DNA of 64,000 bases, taken from Octopus sinensis. Taxonomy: Eukaryota. This document shows, piece by piece, positions 13,530 to 24,788 of the stretch (position 1 is the first letter of the stretch; every line of letters begins with the position of its first letter). Location of the stretch: positions 17,062,464 to 17,126,463 of the forward strand of contig NC_043011.1 of assembly GCF_006345805.1 (NCBI RefSeq). Reading direction: 5' to 3'. Under the pieces are notes generated by a model, which saw nothing but the letters and a program-made list of their open reading frames with translations, was not told the origin of the DNA and made no database searches. A program made the translations under genes and the position numbers.

Positions 13530-13812
13530 TACACACACACACACACCCTTCCCCATATATATATATGAAATATTCTGAAATGTAAGATATTTTTCAACTG
13601 TAAAAAAACTTTCTGTGATTAGCTTTATCCAGGTGTGCAATCCCTTCCTTACCCCTTACCATTATATTTCATGAAGCCAAAGCATGATATGATCATTTAA
13701 GCAATTGTTGCCAGAAAAAAAAAAAACTTTTAATCTAAGATGTTCTTACTATATACATGTGTATGTATGAATACCTATCTGATAAATAGACTATTCTTTT
13801 TTTACAAAAAGT

Positions 13813-14226
13813 GGATCTTTTCGGTTTGAACGGCAGTTTTTAACATAATTTCTAGGTAGCTAAAAAATGTTAACCTTCGTATACTGGTAGAATGTGTTAA
13901 TAAAACATCTTTTTCTCTTGGCTTTATTGAGAAAATTCTATAGTTTGTAAGATATTTGTTGTTTTCTTTTCTTCAATTTCTGCATTTTCAACCAATCACT
14001 GACATCCATTGAGGTAAAAACATTCTGTGTCATATGAATATGTCCCTCGTTTAAGAAACAGATTGGGTTTATTTACATTTGTGAAGGAAAAAAGATACCC
14101 TTCCCCCACCCCTAACTAACCCTAAAACAGATTGAAATGCAATAGATCGATACTAGGGTCATAATTATGGGTGACAATTTCATGTGACACCGCTAGAAAA
14201 AACCGCCGTTCAAATCGAAAAGATCA
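13813..14226 (+). mobile_element. Merlin-like MITE (family M1)
   Basis: TIR GGATCTTTTCGGTTTGAACGGCAGTTTTT; 8-bp TSD caaaaagt; internal cccctaactaaccctaa. Confidence 0.85.
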
Positions 14227-14704
14227 CAAAAAGTCTATAAAGAGAATGTTGATCACCAATAAAAAAAACCCTGTCGTAAATACCATTTATGTTTGAGTGT
14301 ACAGGAACAGGATAAGAATAAATGCACACATCATTACTTTGATACTACTTGCTTCATATACAGATTTAATTCCAACTTGGCAAGCTTCATCACATGTCAG
14401 GCAATTGTTTGCTGATTTTTACATATGAATCAAAGTTCCTATTTAGCCCAAGAGAATAGAGACATTGTCTCTCAGTAAAGAGATGAAGGCTATTAAAGAC
14501 CTTGGTGTTTGGTCATCTGCTGACATCATATGGAACTTGAAGTATATTTTACACAATAACTGCAAGAAGAAATTTGTTCACTGAAATGAAATTCCATAAT
14601 GAATGCTGTTTATATTTGGTAGTCCATATCTATGTATGTGTGAATTTTGTTTAAGACCTAACAGTGTTTTAGCATAATCTTTCACATATAAACATATATA
14701 TATC

Positions 14705-15124
14705 CTTCTTGTGACACTTGTGAAAACCTGTTGAGGCAAGTGAAAATCAAAATCAAAATCAAACCAAATCAAAATAGATGAACATCAATGGAATTTATAT
14801 CTTTGTGGTACCAGTGCCGGTGGCACATAAGAAAACCATCCGAACGTGACTGTAGTCAGTACCGCATCGACTGGCCTCCGTGCTGTGGGCACGTAACAAA
14901 CACCATCCGAGCGTGGCCGTCTGCCAGCCTCATCTGGCACCTGTGTCGGTGGCACATAAAATCACCCTCTACACTCTCGGAGTGGTTGGCATTAGGAAGG
15001 GCATCCAGCTGTAGAAACACTGCCAGATCCGACTGGCCTGGTGCACCTTCGGGCTCCCCAGACCCCAGTTGAACCGTCCAACCCATGCTAGCATGGAAAG
15101 CGGACGTTAAATGATGATGATGAT
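14705..15124 (+). mobile_element. SINE family B (long form)
   Basis: Same core and (GAT)n tail as 1-221. Confidence 0.85.
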
Positions 15125-15817
15125 ATGAAGAAAATTGAATTTAAGTTGAAGGAGTTGATCCAAATCCCTTTTCTATTTTAAACCTGATATTTATTCTATC
15201 AGTCTCTTTTTGCTAAACCATTTAGTTACATGGATGTAAACATACTAACAGCAGTTGCTAGGCAGTGGTGGAGGAGACACAAAGACACACGCCACAGGTT
15301 TATACATATATATATATTTTGCTTAGGATTGTGAGATCAATAACCCAGTTTAGAGCTCAATACACGTTTGATTCAGAATGAAATGTTAGCTGAGTATAGA
15401 GTGGTAATAAGAAAGAGAGATGACAAAGGAATAAAGGATTATCTTATGAACTTCATTGGCCAAATTCATAAGACTCATTTACTCCTTTGTCAGCTTTCTT
15501 TCTATTATATATGTACTAGCTTAAAAGCCACACTCCATATGTTCAGATGTCGGGGACGCCTGTGAACGTTAAACTGGTCCACAACACATTGACAGACGCC
15601 CGAAAAATGATCGACTGCTTAGAACTGGCCAGGAGGTGGCGTTCAGTGCGATGGTTGGTGGCCCAGTTTGGTGAAGCAGTCCTCTTCATTAGATGCAGGT
15701 GGAGTGTTGTAGAATAGTGCATATAGCCTAACACAGAGCACAAAGCTATGAATATCAGTACGGGTCTGAAATTCATTACTGAATACCTACACACACACAA
15801 ATATATATATATATATA

Positions 15818-16183
15818 CTAGCACTATGACCCGGTGTTGCCGAGTCATAGTGCTAGTGTATACATATACAGGGGTGTGCGTGCACACATACACGCGAGTA
15901 CTGTCCAAATCTCTGACCAATCACATACAGATAGCTAGCATTCAATTGGCGTATCAAGTTTCGGGCATTTTGATTGGGTTTGGGATAGAAAATTCACAAA
16001 AATGTCACTTCTATTGATTTTTTAATGGCTTTGTGGGGTTACTGGGGAAATGTAAAGATGTGCACGACCACCCTTGGATGGTTTTGAATGACCATAGAAA
16101 GTGCGAGCCCTCTAACTGAAATATTGTGAATTTGTACAAAGGACACACACGCAGACATTTTGCCGTTTATATATATAGAGAGA
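15818..16183 (-). mobile_element. Non-autonomous Helitron
   Basis: On - strand a|TCTCTCTATATATATAAACGGCAAAATGTCTGCGTGTG start and a 3' hairpin ending CTAG|t, i.e. inserted between A and T. Confidence 0.75.
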
Positions 16184-16297
16184 TGTAGGTAATATATATA
16201 TTACCTGCTTCCATATAAGACCTATGCAGATTATTTGAAATAACAAATTTCCTAAGTTTGTCTGATGACCCAACACTGCATTTGTGATACATGCCAA

Positions 16298-16703
16298 TAC
16301 TCTTTACTCTTTTACTTATTTCAGTCATTTGACTGCAGCCATGCTGGAGCACCGCCATTAGTCGAGCAAATCGACCCCGGGACTTTGTAAGCCCAGTACT
16401 TATTCTATTGGTCTCTTTTGCCGAACCGCTAAGTGACGGGGACGTAAACACACCAGCATCGGTTGTCAAGCAATGCTAGGGGGACAAACACAGACACACA
16501 AACATATACACACACACTTATATATATATATACATATATACGACAGGCTTCTTTCAGTTTCCGTCTACCAAATCCACTCACAAGGCATTGGTCGGCCCGA
16601 GGCTACAGCAGAAGACACTTGCCCAAGATGCCACGCAGTGGGACTGAACCCGGAACCATGTGGTTGGTTAGCAAGCTACTTACCACACAGCCACTCCTGC
16701 ACC
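16298..16703 (-). mobile_element. SINE family A, full length
   Basis: Close match to 62661-63077. Confidence 0.9.
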
Positions 16704-17730
16704 TGTTATCTTTTTTGTTTCATGATTTGTCGAACTTAGGTATATTTATTTGAAATATGGATTGGAGGGGGTGGTTGTTTTGTTTGTCAAATTTAACTGT
16801 ACCATATGAGTTGCAGGGAACTTTCTTTCGATATGAGGTTAAATAAGGAAACCTTTGTTATCTACTTATACTGCTAAAATCATTTTATTTAGTTTGACTT
16901 TTGATTGGTTGGTGTTATCTTTTTAGATCTTTGGAAACTTGTTTTTGTCCTTAGATAACTTATTGATTTTCACAATATATTTATCTCTTTCCACTATTAC
17001 AAACATATTGCTTTTTGTCCCACTTGCATGTTTTATGCGGTTGTTATCTTTTAAATCATGTAGGACTTGTTTGAATCTCTTGTTGAGTATTTTTTTAATA
17101 CTTTAGTGGGTATCTATTTTTATTGCATTCACCATGAAGTAAGTCCTGGAGTTTACCACCAATGTTTACCATCTTTTGTCACTTAGATTTTCTATGCTTT
17201 TGTATAGTAGTTAATTTCAACCTTTCTTTTTCTCTTTCTTTTTTTTTGTACCATATTTCGGATGCAGTTTGAAGTTAATACCATAACCAAAAGAGCGTGA
17301 TTTGATCTATGTTGAATGTATGTTGTGATAAGCTGATAAATTTATTTTCTTGTTTGGGTAAAAATATTTTTTGTTTTATCGAGTTTATATTACTGTATCT
17401 AATGTGTTAGCATGTGATGTCTGTATGTGTATTATCAATGAGCTACATATATATTGGTTAATAAATGTTAGTCACTTTCTCATAAATGACGAAGCAAACA
17501 ATCAACAAAATACATATTATAGTCTTACATAAAAACATGTCAGAGTGACTAAAACATGTTTGTAACCATGGATACAAAACAAACATACCACAGTAAAGGA
17601 TGTTTATATATAAAACTCCAAAAACACGAACCAATTCAAAATTATACAAAATGAAATAATTATAGCAAAAATGCACGGCTATGATTCCATTACATTGGAG
17701 AAACGGCTCCTCTCAAATAAATACACTTAC

Positions 17731-17841
17731 TCATAAATTCCCAATACGTACATAGTTGTAGTCTTTCTACTTATGTTCCAGTAGTAAAAGCAATCGAAAT
17801 TTGAGAATGTACATAGATAGACACCTAAAGTAAAGCCACTC
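17731..17841 (-). CDS. Candidate internal exon (111 nt, phase 2-2) of an unknown - strand gene
   Basis: tttgctactttcag|...TATGA|gtaagt; open frame SGFTLGVYLCTFSNFDCFYYWNISRKTTTMYVLGIY. Confidence 0.35.
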
Positions 17842-17917
17842 CTGAAAGTAGCAAATATCTTGAAAAACTGACTACCTTAACAAGCGAAGTAACTTTATGT
17901 TCCCGACAAGCAGACTA

Positions 17918-18337
17918 GGATCTTTTCGGTCTGAAGGGCAGTTTTTAACATAATTTCTAGGTAACTAAAAAATTTTTAACTTTGTATACTGGTTGAATGT
18001 GTTTATAAAACATCTTTTTCTCTTGGCTTTATTGTGAAAATTCTATAGTTTATAAGATGTTTGTTGTTTTTTTTTTCTTCAATTTCTGCAATTTCAACCA
18101 ATCACTGACGTCTATTGAGGTAAAAAACATTCTGTGCCGTCTGAATATGTTCCTCGTTTCAGAAACAGATTGGGTTTATTTTCATTTGTGAAGAAAAAAA
18201 TGATACCCTTCCCCCCACTTCTAACCCTAACCCTAAAACAGATTGGAATGCAATAGATCGATACTAGGGTCATAATTATGGGTGACAATTTCATATGACA
18301 CCACTAGAAAAAACTGCCGTTCAAACCGAAAAGATCC
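17918..18337 (+). mobile_element. Merlin-like MITE (M1)
   Basis: GGATC...GATCC TIRs; degenerate TSD gcagacta/gtagactt; ctaaccctaaccctaa inside. Confidence 0.85.
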
Positions 18338-18685
18338 GTAGACTTCGTAAAAAAGATGAAGTAGTTATGTGTTCTGTTCTAGGATTTGTGTTTTCAACAT
18401 TTTATTGAGCTCCAGTAGAAAACAAAATTACGCCTAAACACAAACATTCGATATACACTAAATATATAGCCGTTAAGCTAGTTGTCACAGACACCTCAAA
18501 AAAGATTGAGAAATTAAAAGAAGACCTAGAGAACAATTCAATACAAAAATATCTGCAATCAAAATAATAATAATAGTATTTCAATTCTAGACAAATATTC
18601 AGATTAAAAACAATAGATACATTACGTCAGTACACACGAAAGACAAACAAATACATATTTCAACATAGAGACAGCGAATACTCAC

Positions 18686-18743
18686 ATAGTTACAAAATGT
18701 CAGTGGTAAGGATGCTGTAAGATTCTCTTTGACAAATGAAGCT
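18686..18743 (-). CDS. Candidate exon (58 nt, phase 2-0)
   Basis: atttccttatttag|...CTAT|gtgagt; only open frame is ASFVKENLTASLPLTFCNY. Confidence 0.3.
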
Positions 18744-19091
18744 CTAAATAAGGAAATCCGCAGAATAAAAGCAAACACAAATCAACAATGGATATCTCAA
18801 CAAACTTGTAGACTAACAAATATAAAACACAGCGCTGCAAACAATACATTACGTATTAACCCTACTAAAATTTCAGGAATCGCATCCAATTATTTGAATC
18901 AGATGCATTCCAGATGTGAAAGAGTCCGACGTATAATAAAAATTCTCATTGAACGAAACAATGCATCAACCAAACAATAAACTAGCACTAAAAAGACCAA
19001 TAATAATATTCAAATATTAAAATCCAGTAACAAACCTCGGGGCTATAAACTCAAGATGCTTCGATCGACCAATGTAATTCATAGATTAGAC

Positions 19092-19270
19092 CAGTGGTTC
19101 GCAAACTTTTTAGAGTCGCGACCCACTATTTACCACACCAGTTTATGACGACCCAATTAACCCTACTGAGTATCTCGATAGACAGCAATTAATCAAAGCT
19201 AATGCGTAATTTTATGACTTTTTGCGACGCACTAAGATTCTGTTCGCGACCCATAGTTTGGGAACCACTG
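19092..19270. mobile_element. hAT (Charlie-type) MITE, 179 bp
   Basis: TIR CAGTGGTTCGCAAAC/GTTTGGGAACCACTG; perfect 8-bp TSD gattagac. Confidence 0.9.
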
Positions 19271-19321
19271 GATTAGACAGTAAAAGTGAAAGTTATAAAT
19301 TCATTGATCTTTAATTGTTGT

Positions 19322-19537
19322 ATTGGTTTTAAATTTTGGCACAAGGCCAGTAAGTTCGGGGAATGGGGGGTAAGTCAATTACATCGATCCCAGTATTCAC
19401 CTGGTACTTGTTTTATTGACACCGAAAGGATGAAAGGTTAAGATGACCTTGGCGGAATTAGAACTCAGAACGTAAAACGGACGAAATGCCGATAAGCATT
19501 TTGCCCGGCATGTTCTCGCTTCTGTCAGCTCGCTGCC
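19322..19537 (-). mobile_element. SINE family C (alternative 3' tail)
   Basis: Family C head and centre, ending in ggccttgtgccaaaatttaaaacc. Confidence 0.75.
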
Positions 19538-19545
19538 CTATTTTC

Positions 19546-19734
19546 AGTGATCCTTCGGTATAAGTACAAACGTGACCTTGTTTACATTTCTGAAGATAAC
19601 AGAAACCCTTTTCTCCCACCCCTAACCCTAACCCTAACACAAACCCTAACCCTAACCCTACCTCCCATATATATAAAAAAAACAGTTTCTTGAAATATAT
19701 CCTGTACTTCCGGTACTTATACCGAAGTTACACC
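19546..19734. mobile_element. Merlin-like MITE (family M2) with (CCCTAA)n
   Basis: TIR cores cttcggtataagtac/gtacttataccgaag; perfect 8-bp TSD ctattttc; about 6 CCCTAA units at 19620-19660. Confidence 0.85.
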
Positions 19735-19979
19735 CTATTTTCTGTTATATTGACCATATAAGTGCAACGTTTGACTCTAGGCTCACCACACAATTTACAA
19801 TAAGAATCAAGTACAACACACGTTTCACATAATGAAACAAAGCTAGATAGGAATATTAATATAAAATCCATCTACACAGAAAACAGTTGTTCTGAAGAAT
19901 ACACGCTTATTTATGGGATCAATACTCATACCACAAACTAAAGTAAAATAAAGCAAACGTCATAAATAGGACGAACATG

Positions 19980-20382
19980 GGATCTTTTCGGTTTGAACGG
20001 CAGTTTTTTAAAATAATTTCCACGTAACTAAACACTTTTAAACTTCGTATACTGGTAGAATGTGTTTATAAAACATCTTTTTCTCTTGGCTTTATTGAGA
20101 AAATTCTAGTTTGCAAGATATTTGTTTTTTTTTTCTTCAATTTCTGCAATTTCAACCAATCAATGACCGTGTATTGAGGTAAAAAACATTCTGTGCCGTA
20201 TGAAAATGTCCCTCATTTAAGAAACAGATTGGGTCTATTTACATTTCTGAAGAAAAAAAGATACCCTTCCCTAACCCTAACCCTAAAATAGATTGAAATG
20301 CAATAGATCGATACTAGGGTCATAATTATGGGTGACAATATGACACCGCTAGAAAAAACTGCCGTTCAAACCGAAAAGATGC
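19980..20382 (+). mobile_element. Merlin-like MITE (M1)
   Basis: TIRs as at 13813; perfect 8-bp TSD cgaacatg. Confidence 0.9.
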
Positions 20383-20814
20383 CGAACATGTGAATGAAGA
20401 TGTTTGATTCTAACGGGAAAAGTGTAGGTGAACTGCTTGTAAAGGAGTGAACATTTGTAAAAAGATATCTTTTACTTTAAAGTAAAAAAATGCAGTAAAT
20501 ATTACTCATTGCGCTTCCCTTCCTATATGCGAACATATATAGCCTCTCTTGTTCAACTTGGCATGACTGGCTAGCAGTATTTTCACCAAAACAGGTCTTT
20601 AGTAAGTGGTCGTAGAAACATTGGGTCATGTGTAAGAACCTACTGAGTGCCGTTAAACAATTCCACAAGTTGTCTTTCTTTCAGATGCAGAAAACTGACA
20701 TCAGGCTATCCATCAACTTCACCTCCTGTCAGATTTTTAAACTTTAGGGTTACTGAGATTAATATCTGATTTTTTATTTACCATAAATTTAGAGACATAG
20801 AAAGGACAAAGGAG

Positions 20815-20987
20815 GGATCTAAAATTAAGAAATTAAAAACCAAATATCTTACAAACTATAGAATTTTCTCAATAAAGCCAAGAGAAAAGGATGTTTTATA
20901 AACACATTCTACCAGTATACGAAGTTTAAAAGTGTTTAGTTACATGGAAATTATTTTAAAAATCTGCCGGTCAAACCGAAAAGATCC
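20815..20987 (-). mobile_element. Internally deleted Merlin-like MITE
   Basis: One end reduced to GGATCT, other TIR intact; perfect TSD caaaggag. Confidence 0.85.
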
Positions 20988-21159
20988 CAAAGGAGTAGTG
21001 GGGATCGAATGAAATGACAAGATTAAAAATTAATGATGATATATAAAATCGGATGATGATGGACTGAAGGGACGGGTGCGACCCCACAAACCACGTCCCA
21101 CCCTGATCCCTTTATGAGACTTCTTTCTTCTCCCTTAAGCAAGTACATCCACTCTCAAC

Positions 21160-21800
21160 ATGCTTGCTACTTTCTTCCATCTTTTCTCATATGTACTGAG
21201 TAGCAAGCGTCTCCTCTCCAGCCTTATTTTCGTTTTAAGATGGAAAATAAAAAAAGTTTACTGAACCGAAGCTGGAGGTGAAGACTCCTGTCACTAAACC
21301 CTTCATGTGTGTTCTGCACACTACCCTTTTTTCACAGCCACTACAGAGAGAGAAAACAAACCTTCCCTTTTCTATTCAGAGCGGGCGGTCGAAAAATCTT
21401 TATTATAGACTCGGAAGTCAGTCGTTCTCTTCCAAAACGTGATAGCAGCTGTCCAACATATACTCGCAATTCCGAAAGTTCCGGACACTGTACAATTGCA
21501 TGCAGAACAGTTTCACTGCTCTGTGAGCTTCTTGGGCAAGGGGGCAAGCAGGAAAACTCATGCCAGGCAAGTTTATCTTGAACTTGTAAGGCTCCTCGGT
21601 AACACAGCTAAGCCAGTTACTTTTAGAAGCTATCCGTAGACCCTGTCCCAAATGTTCTTCGGAACAGTCCAGCAAGTTTTCCATCGTCGAAGCCCAGGGT
21701 TTCTCCTCAGCGCGTCGTCACACTTGGTCTCTACCAACTCCCTATTGAATGATGAGGTGGAGCCCTCGCTGCCAGCACTACCCGTCTGGGAAAGAAGCTC
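21160..21800 (-). mobile_element. Decayed L1/Tx1-clade LINE ORF2 C-terminus
   Basis: Zinc-knuckle-like CPRSSQSSETVLHAIVQCP, preceded in a shifted frame by LAWLCYRGALQVQDKL. Confidence 0.75.
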
Positions 21801-21925
21801 ATGTTCCTTAAAGTGCTGTTTTATACACCACCTGTCTTCGTCTTTTGTGTTTTTCGTAAACTCTCCCTAAAAGATATATACTTTTACAGGGCTGGAGAGC
21901 TTCCAACGCAGTGGGGCTACTAATA

Positions 21926-22058
21926 ATGGATTTGTTACCCTTATCTTTTCTTCTTCTTGGCGCAACGTTTGGTTATGGCACAGGAGAGCTAATAAAACCC
22001 ATTCTCTGCTCTGATAAATGGGGAACTCAGGCAAAATCTTTAGGAGTAAGGAGTACAG
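21926..22058 (+). CDS. Candidate first coding exon of an uncharacterised secreted/membrane protein
   Basis: ATAATGG Kozak context; MDLLPLSFLLLGATFGYGTGELIKPILCSDKWGTQAKSLGVRST; donor CAG|gtaaga (phase 1); acceptor ttttacag| at 21889 with the frame also open from there. Confidence 0.5.
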
Positions 22059-22073
22059 GTAAGAATTTTTCTG

Positions 22074-22540
22074 GGATCTTTTCGCTTTGACCGGCAGATT
22101 TTTACTTTGTAACTGAAAAATTTTAAACTTCGTAGACTGGTAGAATGTGTTTATAAAACATCTTTTTCTCATGGCTTTCTTGAGAAAATTCTGTTGTGAA
22201 CTTAGAATTTGTGTTTATTAATAAAAGTTTAATAGCGATAATCTTTTATTCATACGAACGTAACTGATATGAAATATGTCATAAATAACGGGGACATTTT
22301 CAAATGACACCACCAGAAAATGTTGACACACTACGGCAGAAATCGTTTTCACCTTAATAGACGTCATTGATTGGTTGAAATTGCAGAAATGCAAGAAAAT
22401 AAACAACAAATATCTTACAAACTACTGAATTTTCTCAAGAAAGCCAAGAAAAAAAGATGTTTTATAAACACATTCTACCAGTATACGAAGTTTACAATTT
22501 TTTAGTTACCTAGAAATTATTTTAAAAAGCGAAAAGATCC
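22074..22540. mobile_element. Merlin-like MITE (M3, ~120-bp TIRs)
   Basis: GGATCTTTTCG...CGAAAAGATCC; TSD tttttctg/ttcttctg. Confidence 0.85.
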
Positions 22541-23020
22541 TTCTTCTGTGTGAATAGTAGTGAACGACTCGTTGAAAAGCGTTTTGGTATTCGTCGTGAA
22601 GAAGTGAATTATTTTATCTCTCTATTTTGTATCTGTGTCCTATTTCTTTTTGTTTTGATCCGAATTTGTTTGAACTGCTTTGACTGGTCAATAGATTTTG
22701 CAACTTGGTTCATATAGCACTATTTGTTTATCAGGTTTTCTAGCAGCAGGGAATGTGAGGCTAAACAAAGGCGTGTCTTTCTTGATCGAACTGTCACCTT
22801 GAAACGTGATAAAGTTGTTTCTGAATAGTCTGTAAATTGACAATATAGGCGTGCCTTAATATTTGTTTTTGTGTGTCATTTATAATGTAGGCGTGTCTTA
22901 ATAGTTCTTTGCTGTCGCATCACATCTAATATAATGGTTTCATAGCAAAGTTTTTTTTTCATTTTAATCCTCTTCCTCACGAAGCAAACACAAATTTGCA
23001 AAACTTAAATACGATTTCAG

Positions 23021-23121
23021 ATACGTCACAGATCTTACATCATGGAATTTTTTCCGCAGTAGTTCCCCAACTTTTAGAATGTCGGGAAGTCACAATCTAT
23101 GAAGAAATACATAAAAAGGTA
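23021..23121 (+). CDS. Candidate exon 2 (phase 1-0), in frame with the 21926 exon
   Basis: gatttcag|; (D)TSQILHHGIFSAVVPQLLECREVTIYEEIHKK(V); donor |gtaagt after 23121, or |gtagta after 23118. Confidence 0.5.
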
Positions 23122-23138
23122 GTAAGTGAGGTATTTTT

Positions 23139-23505
23139 GGATCTTTTCGTTTTGACCGGCAGATTTATAAAAATAAAATCTAGGTAACTAAACACTTTTA
23201 AACTTTGTATACTGGTAGAATGTGTTTATAAAACATCTTTTTCTCTATGCTTTATTGAGAAAATTCTGTAGTTTGTAAGCTATTTGTTCTTTAATTTCTT
23301 GCATTTCGGCAATTTCAACCAATCAATGACGTCTATTGAGGTGAATTCAATATCTCCGGATTGTTGTCAACAACAATAATTTGCGGTGTCATTTGAAATT
23401 GTCCCTGTTATTTATGACAAATATGTCATATCAGTTACGTTCGTATGAATAAAAGATTATCGTTATTAATCTTTTATTAATAAATACATATTCTAAGTTC
23501 ACAAC
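23139..23505 (+). mobile_element. Merlin-like MITE (M3) lacking its second TIR
   Basis: GGATCTTTTCGTTTTGACCGGCAG start; matches the reverse complement of 22190-22540. Confidence 0.8.
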
Positions 23506-23776
23506 ATATGCAGTTTTAATTTTCCTCTCTTTTGCACAGATACACATATTACATATTATTTTTTTTCCCCGATCTTATACGAAGCGTCAAGCTATTAACT
23601 ACCATGTGTATGTCCTTTGAACTCTTATTGTTTTGTTAATTGTTATTTTAAATTTTCAATTTGCTTAATGTATAAAACACACAAACGTGACTGTCTTTCA
23701 GCTTCTGTCTACCAGATCCACACACTAAACTTTAGTTGGCACGAGGCTATAGGTGTCAGCATCATTTATAGAATGA

Positions 23777-23910
23777 CTACAGCGCATTGATGACACCACA
23801 GTGAAGATTTTCCCAATTAGGCTCAAGTTCTCCAGATGCCTTGCCACTCTTGTCCAACCAGTTCTTGATATTGTCCCTACATAGGATTCTTTGCCGGTTT
23901 GCTTGCATTT
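23777..23910 (-). mobile_element. Short RTE-like LINE 3' remnant
   Basis: RQRILCRDNIKNWLDKS..ENLHCGVINAL* resembles the GRQRxxWxDNIKxW C-terminus of RTE ORFs. Confidence 0.45.
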
Positions 23911-24158
23911 TCTTTTTTTTATGTAAGTTGATGGCAAGAAGGTGTATCAATTTATAATAAGAAATAGGCTGCATTTCTGGTAATCTATTGTTATGAGCGT
24001 TTAGTTATTCTTGTATTGCTGATAAAAAGTTATCCTTGTGGAATTGATTTCATTGACAAGACTGGGCAGAAACTGTGTCGTTATTGAAGGTAAGCAAGGA
24101 AAGTTGTCATAATAACGGCGAAAATATTTGATCGATGACTTCAATTATCTCATTTCTG

Positions 24159-24575
24159 TTATTTCTTTATTACCCACAAGAGGCTAAACACAGAGGGGAC
24201 AAACAAGGACAGACAAACGGATTAAGTCGATTATATCGATCCCAGTGCGTAACTGGTACTTAATTTATCGACCCCGAAAGGATGAAAGGCAAAGTCGACC
24301 TTGACGGAATTTGAACTCAGAACGTAGCGGTAAACGAAATACCTATTTCTTTACTACCCACAAGGGACTAAACACAGAGGGGACAAACAAGGACATACAA
24401 ACGGATTAAATCGATTATATCGACCCCAGTGCATAACTGGTACTTAATTTATCAACCCCGAAAGGATGAAAGGCAAAGTCGACCTCGGCGAAATTTGAAC
24501 TCAGAACGTAACAGCAGACGAAATATGGCTACACATTTCACCCGGCGTGCTAACGTTTCTGCCAGCTCGCCACCT
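24159..24575 (-). mobile_element. SINE family C tandem dimer
   Basis: Two ~185-bp units joined at aaagaaata|ggtatttcg. Confidence 0.9.
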
Positions 24576-24788
24576 TATCTCGTCTCTGTTATTTCTTTGC
24601 GTCCCAGTTCACTCTCTTCTGATCTGACTCTGTATTTGATTCTTTCCACTCCTGCGACTACTACAACTGGCGAATTCGATATTTTCAAATTCTGGCAGTT
24701 TCACGGGAGGAGATAAGTTGATTACATCAACCCCAGTGTTCAACTAGTACTTATTTTATCGATCCCCAAAAGAATAAAAGGCAATGTC

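Noticed and set aside
19620-19660. Telomere or chromosome-fusion relic
   Set aside because: Short, single orientation and internal to a TSD-flanked MITE
20477-20712. Possible first exon on the - strand (MDSLMSVFCI*KKDNLWNC...)
   Set aside because: In-frame stop and a weak donor; insufficient support
23540-23607. Exon-like segment after ttttcctctcttttgcacag
   Set aside because: Good acceptor, but two frames are open and the peptide is uninformative; cannot be assigned
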